Source: a virus (Duplodnaviria; Caudoviricetes). From it: DNA of 43,944 nt. Below the pieces are notes generated by a model. It did not search any database. It saw nothing but the letters and a program-made list of their open reading frames with translations, and was not told the DNA's origin. Positions 18,001-25,800 of this stretch are shown here, piece by piece. Location of the stretch: positions 1-43,944 of the IMG/VR virus record IMGVR_UViG_3300049926_000057; one strand, written 5' to 3'. The stretch's first letter is position 1, and each line of letters starts with the position of its first letter. The translations under genes and the position numbers were made by a program.

Positions 18001-18821
18001 CCGCGGCGAGCTACCCCGAGCAGGTCAAGATGGCCAAGAAGATCTGGGACTCGGTCGACAACCGCTTCGGCGAGGTGGTGCAGGACAATATCTTCTGGCA
18101 CACCATGCTGAAGCAGACCGCGCAGCTCGGCATGCGGTCGTACAGCTGGAACCTCGGCACGGTCAGGGAGATCGGCGGCGGTGCCAAAAGCGCGGTGACC
18201 AAGCCCAAGAGCCTCGGGCTGAAGGGCAGCGATTACGACCCCAAAACGGGCTACGTGGTGGCGCTGCCGATCACGGTGGCGATCACCAACGCGATGTACC
18301 AGTACGCCATGACCGGAAAGATGCCCGAGAGCCTTGACGACCTGGTGGCGCCGCGCACCGGTGGCGAGGTGCCGGGACTCGGCGGCCGTGGCCAGGTGGA
18401 GGAGCGCGCGCAGCTGCCGGGCTACCAGAAGGACGTGTTCGGCTGGTACAACGACTGGTACCAGGAGATGCTCAACAAGCGATCGTCGCTGATCAGCACG
18501 GTGGGTGAGGTGGCGGCGAACCGGGACTGGAAGAACGACCCGATCGCCAATCCCGAGCACAGCGCGCCCGAGTGGATGAAGGAGTACTTCCAGTACGCGG
18601 AGAAGTTCTTGCCGATCTCGGTCAAGCAGGGCATGCAGGGCGAGAAGAAGGGCTCCGCGCTCGGGCTGCAGTCGCTGCTCGGCATCCGGCCGTCACCCGC
18701 GCAGTTCACCGATCCGAAGGGGCTGGCGTCGCTCAAGAAGTACCAGGGAGAGCAGATCGACAAGAAGCGCAAGAAGGCCAGCGCACGACAGAAGCAGGTC
18801 TATGGCGGGCCGAGCGAATGA
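15078..18821 (+). CDS. Large internal virion (ejection) protein with ART-PolyVal-like N-terminal domain
   Basis: About 1247 aa, last structural gene. Contains FRG...MYSS...LA..Y...VAPMYI...GKKGVVIDNV.D...IFVTF...VKSKFAARFDP...DI. Confidence 0.7.
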   Translation: MADPLKVFTGLLDAIGEGAQAVKPTAPLKVAKAATKGYFSDIAGAGKTGADYFADIVKTKQQVPKPPKSPQLQKYEAHYAAQQVAKASPEKSLEEQLNELMADIKKAPPAPAAPKPTFAQQATQTAQKQALAPGLPPTVKPLTMHPDVLPEAQRQAARVKGNYVTEAFRGLTVHPGGDFAGTFKGSEMYSSVSTKLADMYSSYLSSHPGAKPGPHAYKDGASVAPMYIDTSDYLHTDAQGKKWTVFNPGAIADAKAQGKKGVVIDNVWDEPSSTKSLEGPQKIFVTFPEGLSTVKSKFAARFDPKSKDISRSIAAVGVGGAAGMVAMAPGDAKAGDDPAADAGAPDKDAGASGGYFDDLLKPEKKGSIFFRDKDAPDAVAPSTHSGLGRVKDIPGDVGGVFQESVDQYKGGKAATGEAFSKEELQKYSAYEDAYRKWEDGGMKGDPPQNPGTGPLKALKGISDVAGGAIGAVTSPIMGAFRSLVSKPVEEKTGFKHEWTEAVGSLVMPVTGVFKYGSAAPKAKAVIGEVGTFLNKIFNPEKLGKGDRAETLIRNSLGIAARDTETTKAAFDEYFKTINALGDNDKVALIGYIEGRTKGATIADPALQPVADTIKTAVDQRKSKLQALPSTHQMAFVEDYYTHQWENPTAAKAFTKDWFAKQGTGKNLKKRSIPTIADGMAAGLKPKTLNPLETITDYVTNMDRFIAHNAIIDAGRAVKDVKYFRKPQVAAALGMVKLEGRLALRRTKYGDMQAYAPADWARVYNNSIAKGWHQWETAGQIYDKLQTASNSVTAMELGLSGYHLLTMVNEGSIASVATAVSQAVSGVGALARGDMALGAKLLAGSAKTAVTAPFALGVKPFMGHKAQQVYLGRSTGSAQMRKTMDLLEAGGGRAVGTKHAADYKFSAANSYFTSFKRGELLASLKADASKGPLKFFARQLGRTLQSFAQPLFEVYIPKMKTGAFHENMSAWLQANPAASYPEQVKMAKKIWDSVDNRFGEVVQDNIFWHTMLKQTAQLGMRSYSWNLGTVREIGGGAKSAVTKPKSLGLKGSDYDPKTGYVVALPITVAITNAMYQYAMTGKMPESLDDLVAPRTGGEVPGLGGRGQVEERAQLPGYQKDVFGWYNDWYQEMLNKRSSLISTVGEVAANRDWKNDPIANPEHSAPEWMKEYFQYAEKFLPISVKQGMQGEKKGSALGLQSLLGIRPSPAQFTDPKGLASLKKYQGEQIDKKRKKASARQKQVYGGPSE

Positions 18822-20134
18822 AGCTGCTCCTGGTCGACCCGCAGGGGGCCTCGCTCGACATCGCCATGCGAGCGCACCGCGATGGCCACGACGTCAGGAT
18901 GGTGATTCGTGACACACCGAAAACAGTCAACATTGGAAAAGGCATTGTCCCGGTGGTGGATGGCACCGATCTGGCCCGACACCTACGATGGGCCGATCTG
19001 GTCGTTCTCGCCGACAACACCCGATGGCTCCAAGACGTGGACGCCTATCGCGCGGCCGGTGGTCTCGTGGTCGGGCCTTCGAAGGAAGCCGCGGACTGGG
19101 AACTTGACCGGGAAGTCGGCCAGCAGATCATGAAGAATGTCGGCATCGAGGTGCCGCCGTACCGCATCTTCAGCGACTATGATTCGGCCATCGCCTTCGT
19201 CAAGAAGGAGGATCGCCGGTTCGTCTCCAAGCCTTCGGGAGATGCCGACAAGGCACTCTCCTACGTCTCCAAGACCCCTGCCGATATGGTTTACATGCTG
19301 GAGCGCTGGAAGAAGTTCGGCAAGCTGAAGGGCGACTTCATCCTGCAGGACTTTAAGGCGGGCATTGAGATGGCCGTTGGTGGTTGGTGGGGGCCCGGCG
19401 GGTTCAACGAGGGCTGGTGCGAGAACTTCGAGTTCAAGAAGCTGATGAACAGCGACCTCGGCGTGGCCACCGGTGAGCAGGGCACGGTGCTCCGCTTCGT
19501 GCGCTCCTCCAAGCTGGCCAGGCGCCTGCTGACCCCCCTGCAGGAGGATCTGGAACGGATCGGCTATACCGGCTACATTGACGTCAACACCATCATCGAC
19601 GAGACCGGCAACATCTGGCCTCTCGAATTTACGATGCGTCCCGGCTGGCCCACCTTCAACATCCAGCAGGCGCTCAACGAAGGCGACACGGTCGAATGGC
19701 TCATGGAGCTGGCACAGGGACGCGATGCCCGGAATTTCTCGCTCGACCGCTTAGCGATCGGCGTCGTGCTGAGCATACCCGACTATCCCTACTCGCACAT
19801 CACGAGGAAGGAAGTGACGGGGATTCCGATCTACGGGATCAAGCCGGGGATGTGGCAGCACCTCCACCCCTGCGAGATGATGCTGGAGGTGGCGGCGAAC
19901 GACGTGGATGGGCGGATCGTCAACATGCCGATGCCCTGCACCGCAGGGGATTACGTGTTGGTAATGACCGCAACAGCCGACACCATCGGACAGGCCAAGG
20001 AAACAGTCTACCGACGTTTGAAACGCTTGGTGGTACCCAACTCCCCGATGTACCGGACCGACATCGGGGATCGGTTGAGCAAGCAGCTACCGCTCTTACA
20101 GAAGATGGGCTTCGCGTCAGGGATGACGTTCTAG
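18818..20134 (+). CDS. PurD/GARS-like ATP-grasp ligase (divergent)
   Basis: GPSKEAADWE, FVSKP, ILQDF..GIE, FKKLMNSDLGVATGEQG and LEFTMRPGWP align with the GARS ATP-grasp core. ATGA overlap with the upstream gene. Confidence 0.8.
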   Translation: MKLLLVDPQGASLDIAMRAHRDGHDVRMVIRDTPKTVNIGKGIVPVVDGTDLARHLRWADLVVLADNTRWLQDVDAYRAAGGLVVGPSKEAADWELDREVGQQIMKNVGIEVPPYRIFSDYDSAIAFVKKEDRRFVSKPSGDADKALSYVSKTPADMVYMLERWKKFGKLKGDFILQDFKAGIEMAVGGWWGPGGFNEGWCENFEFKKLMNSDLGVATGEQGTVLRFVRSSKLARRLLTPLQEDLERIGYTGYIDVNTIIDETGNIWPLEFTMRPGWPTFNIQQALNEGDTVEWLMELAQGRDARNFSLDRLAIGVVLSIPDYPYSHITRKEVTGIPIYGIKPGMWQHLHPCEMMLEVAANDVDGRIVNMPMPCTAGDYVLVMTATADTIGQAKETVYRRLKRLVVPNSPMYRTDIGDRLSKQLPLLQKMGFASGMTF

Positions 20135-20157
20135 ACCACGGCAAGCTTGACCGGCTG

Positions 20158-20394
20158 GTGGACATCTCGCTGCGCGAGCTCGAAGAGTTGCTGGAGATGC
20201 AGTGGGACCCGGACGACCCGAAGCTGAACGCCACCAAGCTGTCGGGCATTTCCGTGGTGTTAACCACGCAGACGAAAGTTGACGACACCCGGCTGCGCAA
20301 GCGGCAGACCGACATGATGCCACGCCTGCTGGAGATTCTGGCGCGGGAGGAGCGCAAGCTCCCGGTGCTGGATCTGGTGGCGAACCCAGCCTGA
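20158..20394 (+). CDS. Helical hypothetical protein (start uncertain; frame open from 19696)
   Basis: Protein-like C-terminal region with normal codon usage after the ATP-grasp stop. Confidence 0.55.
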   Translation: MDISLRELEELLEMQWDPDDPKLNATKLSGISVVLTTQTKVDDTRLRKRQTDMMPRLLEILAREERKLPVLDLVANPA

Positions 20395-20418
20395 CGAGAA
20401 CCTACGGGAAACGGGGCT

Positions 20419-20551
20419 GGCTAACCGGGCTGCCAAGAGGTTGATTTTGCTCTGGGTATAGTCCGCAGCCCGGGGAGCCATAAACTGTAATTGTGTAGTA
20501 ATATCAAGTGATTAGGATCTGCCAAGAAAAAGTTAGCCGTCGACGTTAGCC
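20419..20551. other. attP: core CAGCCCGGGGAGCCA (20466-20480) resembling a tRNA-Asn 3' end, two IHF boxes and GTTAGCC arm-like repeats
   Basis: Downstream of the integrase. WATCAANNNNTTR matches at 20502-20514 (+) and 20434-20446 (-). GTTAGCC at 20532 and 20545, inverted GGCTAAC at 20419. Confidence 0.75.
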
Positions 20552-21637
20552 AGTAGGTTCGCCATTCTTCTTGCGTCGCCAATTGACCAGCTTGTCCATG
20601 GCAGCCCTAGCCATAAGCTTTTGGCTGGCGGCCCGCGAATACAGCGCCGCGTGCGCAATGTTGTCGTGCCCGAGCATGTCCATGAGCTCGCGCGTCGTGG
20701 CGCCGTGCTCGGCAAGGGCTCTGCCCAGGGTCTTGCGAAGTCCGTGTAGCGTATAGCCGGGAAGGATGCCGGCAGCCTTCGTCCACCCCTGCATGCGCAT
20801 GCCCAGCGCCTTCGGGCTGAACGGTTTGCCCCATTGGGTCAGCACGACAAACTCGCGCTTGTCGAGATCCGGAATCGCGTCGAGTACCTCGCGCAAGTTC
20901 GGATGGATCGGAAGCTCAAGGGCTTTCAAGGTCTTTTGCTGGATGACGTTAGTGAAGGTGCTTTTGAGCTCGGAAGGTCGCATCTTGGTTATGTCTGCGC
21001 GCCTGTGCCCGAAGTAGAGGGCGAGCGCATAAACTAGGCGCGGCGTCGAGCCAATTGGCCACCGTGCCTCGAATTTGTCCAAAGCCTCATCTGGCCAAGA
21101 TGTGTAGCCCACATAATCAGGGTGGTAATCCAAGCGGTAAGTAGGGTCTACTTCCAGCCATTCCTGGTCAAGCGCAACGCCTACCAGTTTGCGAATCATC
21201 CGCAGGAGATCGGCCGCGGCATGCGGATGATCCGCTTTACGCACCAGAAGCATTTTGATGTGGCGTCGCTTCAGGTCCTGTACGTCCACGTCCTTGAACA
21301 GAAGCGACTGACCCTCGACCACGGGCATGGAGAGGAATCGCTCGATGCTCCGCGTCTGGACCAAGGTACTTGCGGGGCTTAATTCGCGCCACTTAGGGTC
21401 TTCAGTCTTCAACAACATCCAGCAGGCGTTTAGCGAGCGTGGCGAGACCGCATGCGGTAGACGATGAACGGTCGCGCGCTCGACTTCCCTGCCCTCCACG
21501 GCGGCCATATAGGCAGCTTCGAACTCAGGATGGCCGGGCGCATGTGGGAGCTGGATGGTCTTCTTGCCACGGCGGAAGCGCCAGCGGCGCTTGCCGTGGC
21601 GATCGAGGTAGGAGCTGGCGCCGGGGTGTTCGATCAT
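20546..21637 (-). CDS. int: Tyrosine integrase
   Basis: Catalytic R (GHRRAD), K (QKT), HGLR, LGH and Y residues; N-terminal arm-binding region DRHGKRRWRFRR. Confidence 0.93.
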   Translation of the reverse strand: MIEHPGASSYLDRHGKRRWRFRRGKKTIQLPHAPGHPEFEAAYMAAVEGREVERATVHRLPHAVSPRSLNACWMLLKTEDPKWRELSPASTLVQTRSIERFLSMPVVEGQSLLFKDVDVQDLKRRHIKMLLVRKADHPHAAADLLRMIRKLVGVALDQEWLEVDPTYRLDYHPDYVGYTSWPDEALDKFEARWPIGSTPRLVYALALYFGHRRADITKMRPSELKSTFTNVIQQKTLKALELPIHPNLREVLDAIPDLDKREFVVLTQWGKPFSPKALGMRMQGWTKAAGILPGYTLHGLRKTLGRALAEHGATTRELMDMLGHDNIAHAALYSRAASQKLMARAAMDKLVNWRRKKNGEPTG

Positions 21638-21643
21638 GTGATG

Positions 21644-21838
21644 TTAGCGCGGATAACAATCGATATCGATTCGCGCCTCCATGCCATGCGCATGAACAGC
21701 CAGTTTGTATCCCGGCTTGCAGTCGAACAAGAAATCGTCGTTACTTGTTTCCGTTATGACAAACTGGTGAGGATCTCCGCGAACGTTTACGTGGGTTACC
21801 GTGCTAATTGCGAGTATGGCTGAAAATAGCCAAGGCAT
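21644..21838 (-). CDS. Small protein with hydrophobic N-terminus and two Cys
   Basis: AGGAG RBS upstream; 64 aa. Confidence 0.5.
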   Translation of the reverse strand: MPWLFSAILAISTVTHVNVRGDPHQFVITETSNDDFLFDCKPGYKLAVHAHGMEARIDIDCYPR

Positions 21839-21955
21839 TCATCTCTCCTGCTTTAACTGCTGATCTCGTGTTAAGGCCAATAACCGGTATAAAAGTACTT
21901 CACCGCTCTCCACGCCCAAACATGGCTATCGTGTTGCATCATCTGCTGAGCAAAG

Positions 21956-22198
21956 CTACCCCGCCCCCATCATGCGGTCCAGCGGGTTCAAGCGCTGGTC
22001 GTCGGGCAGGTCGGTGAACGCAGCCTCGACCCGCAGCCGGTCCCAGATCACGCGACCGTCGACGCGCTTGGGTCGTGGCATGCGGCCGTCCGACACCATC
22101 TCGTCGAACTTGGTGACGCCGACACCGACATAGCGCGCGGCCTCGTCGCGGGACATGCCGCGCGGGGGGTACGCTATGCTGTCAGCGGTCGGTTTCAT
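21956..22198 (-). CDS. xis: Excisionase / AlpA-like HTH protein
   Basis: PRGMSRDEAARYVGVG.TKFDEMV.DGRMP.P...GRVIWD; upstream of int. Confidence 0.8.
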   Translation of the reverse strand: MKPTADSIAYPPRGMSRDEAARYVGVGVTKFDEMVSDGRMPRPKRVDGRVIWDRLRVEAAFTDLPDDQRLNPLDRMMGAG

Positions 22199-22209
22199 CT
22201 AACAACTCG

Positions 22210-22431
22210 TTAACGGAAACGGCCGCCGCAAAGACGCGCAATGTCGATTTCGGTCAAGATTGGCGGTAGCCGCAAAATCTCAATCGGGTCCGTGCAGTGC
22301 ACCATATACGTCACGCCGTCGTCGGTGACGACTTTCATCCAGTCACTTTCTGGCTTCCAGCCGCGCGCAATCCCGATCGGCTGACCATCCTCTTTCAGGA
22401 GCTTTACGCGACGACCGTTGATCGTGGCCAT
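22210..22431 (-). CDS. Hypothetical protein (73 aa)
   Basis: GGGA RBS before MATING. Confidence 0.55.
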   Translation of the reverse strand: MATINGRRVKLLKEDGQPIGIARGWKPESDWMKVVTDDGVTYMVHCTDPIEILRLPPILTEIDIARLCGGRFR

Positions 22432-22453
22432 ATCTGTTTTCCCTAAGTGGTGT

Positions 22454-22681
22454 TTACCGAGTGACGCTTTGTTCGTTACACTTGATTGCCTCGACAGTGC
22501 GCCCGTCAGCGATATCGCTGAAGATGGGAGAACCAAGTGCCGGTGATGCGCGCAAGCAGGCATCCCGCGTTTCGTAGAGACCGCCGCTCTGTCTCCAGTT
22601 GCAGGTTTTCTCCAGTAGCTCGCCGGTCATCGGCGCGCTGATCGTGACACACGAGTACAGAAAAAGCGAAAAGACGGTCAT
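22454..22681 (-). CDS. Small Cys-containing, probably exported protein
   Basis: Hydrophobic N-terminus; YETRDAC...C motif; AGGGA RBS. Confidence 0.55.
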   Translation of the reverse strand: MTVFSLFLYSCVTISAPMTGELLEKTCNWRQSGGLYETRDACLRASPALGSPIFSDIADGRTVEAIKCNEQSVTR

Positions 22682-22720
22682 TCTGTTTTTCCCTGTGCGG
22701 TCTTTAAAGAATCAGGCGAC

Positions 22721-22888
22721 TCACGAGGCCTTTTCACAAACAGCCTTGCCGCCGTACTCCTTGAACATCGGATGTTGCTCGATCACCTTGAGCACTTGCT
22801 GGCATGACTCGCGCGTCGGGTACTTCGACTTGTCAGGGTGCAGTACCTGACCGTTGACGACCACCGTGATCACCAGAATCCAATTCAT
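22721..22888 (-). CDS. Small Cys-containing, probably exported protein (55 aa)
   Basis: MNWILVITVVVNG...YPTRESC...C. ATGA overlap with the primase stop; AAGGAG RBS. Confidence 0.6.
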   Translation of the reverse strand: MNWILVITVVVNGQVLHPDKSKYPTRESCQQVLKVIEQHPMFKEYGGKAVCEKAS

Positions 22889-25800
22889 CTCTGCAACTCC
22901 TTGATCCGCTCCAGGCGGGTTTTGGTTGGTGATGGCGGCAGCGCCTCCTCCAGCGTGGCCACCACGCCCGACACCAGCGGGTTGGCCATGTTGATCGTGA
23001 GCACAGGCGTCTGCCCCGAGGCGAGATCCGTGCCCGCGCCCAGCGTGACCTTGCGCACCTCGCCCAGCACCACGCCTTGCTTCTTGAGCGTGTCGACGAA
23101 CCCGCGGATGTTGACGCCCGACTTGACCAGCCAGCGCTTCAGCGCCATCTCGGACAGGAACAGCCGCTTGTTCTCCACCTCGTAACGCACCAGCAGCTGG
23201 CGCGACGGCGCGCGCAGGATCGCCGAGCGGTGGCCGTGCTTGTACTCCGCGTTGACGATCAGCGTGTCGAGGAAGAACTCTGACAGCGCGGCAGCCAGCG
23301 CGGAGGACGAGTCGCTTGGCGCCGCGCCGCGGATCGAGCTCGCCCCTTCGGCCACGTAGTCGATCAGCCATCGGGTGATGCGTGACATCGAGAAGTCCAG
23401 CAGGCCCATCCCCTCCACGATCGTGCCGGCGGCAATGATCGACACCACCAGGCGCACCCAGAACCGATGCTTCTCCTCCAGGTGCGCGGCCTTGCGAACC
23501 TCGGCCGACCACTGCGGAATGTTGGCGCGTATCCACCCCACGATCTCGGGCTGCACCAGCTTCTTGATGTAGGCGTCGCCGGCAAAGCCGTGGTTGAAGT
23601 TCAGCTCGCGCCTGATCTCCTCGAAGTCCTCCTTCGCCATGTGCGCGGGCAGCGACGTCGTGAACTCCAGGATGCGCGCGGCCGGCGCATCCGAAGTATT
23701 CATGTTGGAGAGGATGTCGACGAGCGAGGCGTTCGACGCGGTGAGGAGGATCGTTTGCCATTCCGACTTGTTGATCTTGAGCCCGCCTTCGGCGGTGCCG
23801 CGGTCCTTGTCGGTGCCGTTGGTGAAAGTAAGCACGAACTCACGTATGAGCTCGGGATCTCGCTGGTGTAGCTCATCGAAGGTGCAGGGGAGATTGCCGA
23901 GAACACCAAGCTTGAGCCCCTTGGCCACGCGCGTGTCTGTCTCATCGAGTTTCAATCCTTTGTGCTGTCCCCAGATAGAAGCAGCGGCTTCAAGAGCCGT
24001 AGTTTTTCCAGAGGCTGTTCGATCAGAGACAAAAGAGACGATAGCGCCTCCTTCTCCTTCGGCGTGAAAGCGCATGAGAGGCGCTGCAAACCCGCAGAGA
24101 ACCGCAAGAGACTGGTGTTCAAGTCCTGCTGCAAACAGCTTATTAGCTGCTGCTTGCCATCGTTCGAGGGAGGCGCCTTTTTTGGTTTGCGCAGAGAGGT
24201 ACTGCGCGCGGTGTTCGAGGGTTGGCGATCCTGTAGCGGCTGTGACAGACGTGGAATTGTAGAGTCGCTTTCCCACGAGGAACGACGTTTCCCCGTCTTT
24301 CCATCCGAACTGGTCATAGCGCTTCTCCACGTCTTTCTCCCGATGCCAAAGGTCGATGGCGTTGCGCACGTACTTGCGCCAGAGCTCACCATCGTGAATC
24401 GTAACTCCGCGTTCGGCTAACTCCGTCGAGGCGTCGCGGCCGAGCGCTTGCCGCGCGGTGACGACGATGTCGCGCCACTCCGAGCGCGCTTTCTTTTCGC
24501 GGAAGACGAGGCCGTAGCGGCCTTCGTCGATTTCGGCCGTCTGGATCGCTTTGAGATAGATCGGGAACTCGCAGACGGTGTCGTAGATTGCGGCGCCGTT
24601 CTTGGACTCCCGGACGTGGACGAGCTTTCCTTCGCCGGTGTAGACGAAGTCTGCAGGTGCTGCAGGAAGGCGAGGTTCAGGCTCTCCAGCTGCAGGCGTA
24701 GCTGTGCCAGGGAAGATTGACTGCTGACCCCCATGCTGCGGAGCTGCTGCTGGAGCTGCTCCATGCGCTGTAGGAGCTTCACGTCCCAGCTGGATGGGGC
24801 TGGTGATTCGCCCCGAGTGCGGGCACCCGACGCATCCCGCTCGGTCCAGGCTTGCGAACTTGGCGCAGGTTGTTGGTCCGAAGCTTTCGAGGCGCTCAAG
24901 CTTTTCGTCAATTGCTCCATGCCACTCAGTATCTGACCACTCGTGAGCTCGATCATGGCCGTCAACGCAATGTGCCAGAACTCCGAGGGCGGCATGCCAG
25001 TGAGGCTCTGTAACCTGTCCGCGTCGCGTTTGTAGTGCAGCAATCTGTCGGCAACCGAGTGCAACTTCTCCTGCTCTTGCGGGTCGGTCTTGATAGAGTC
25101 CTCCGAGGAGGTCGGAACTGACCAAGGTGCGTGCAGCAGGCACGAAGGATGGTGATTGAACGACCGCGTCGAGTTGTCCTCGGCGCAAGTGCAGATCGGC
25201 TTTGACCGAACCCCGATCTTGTTGACCGCGCAGTTGTCCAGATGGGGTTCGTTCCCGTGTGCCCCGCAGTGGTAGCAACGTGTTTCCGGCATCTAAAAGC
25301 CTCTCAAAAAGTTGCAATGGGTAAGGACCGACCAGTGGTCCGGCGATGACTTCCTTCAGTCCGTTTTTGCGGTGGTGGGTGCCAGGCGTTCGGAGTACCG
25401 ACGATAGATCCGCAGTGCGAGTAGTGTCGACGTGAAGCCCGTGGTCAGCAAAAAGTTTAGCGAGCCCGGCCGCATATCGGCGCCACGTCTCAGGACCCAA
25501 CGGTGTGTCCAGCGGCCAATACAGATGAAGACCGTTACCCGAGCCAACGTATAGCGGCGCCGGCAGATCACGCGTTCGGCAGAAAGCTGCAACATGCTCG
25601 GCTCCAGTGGGCTGGTCCGGGTAACTCTTGCCTTCTCCGCAGTCGACATCTGCCCAAAGTGCTTGGGTACAGAGTACGTTGTGCTGGGTGCGTCCAAGGC
25701 GTCGCTGGCCTTGAGGGGTTCCCTTGGGGTCTTTGGCGTCAGACCGAAATGAGGAGCACGCATGGTAGACCGTCTTTCCCGAGGCATCGTGCTGCAGGAT

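Noticed and set aside
18818-20134. Assigning the symbol purD (purine auxiliary metabolic gene)
   Set aside because: GARS substrate-binding motifs are missing or altered, and the context is structural.
20466-20480. tRNA gene
   Set aside because: Only the 3'-terminal ~15 nt are present, with no T-loop GTTCGA or cloverleaf; interpreted as the att core.
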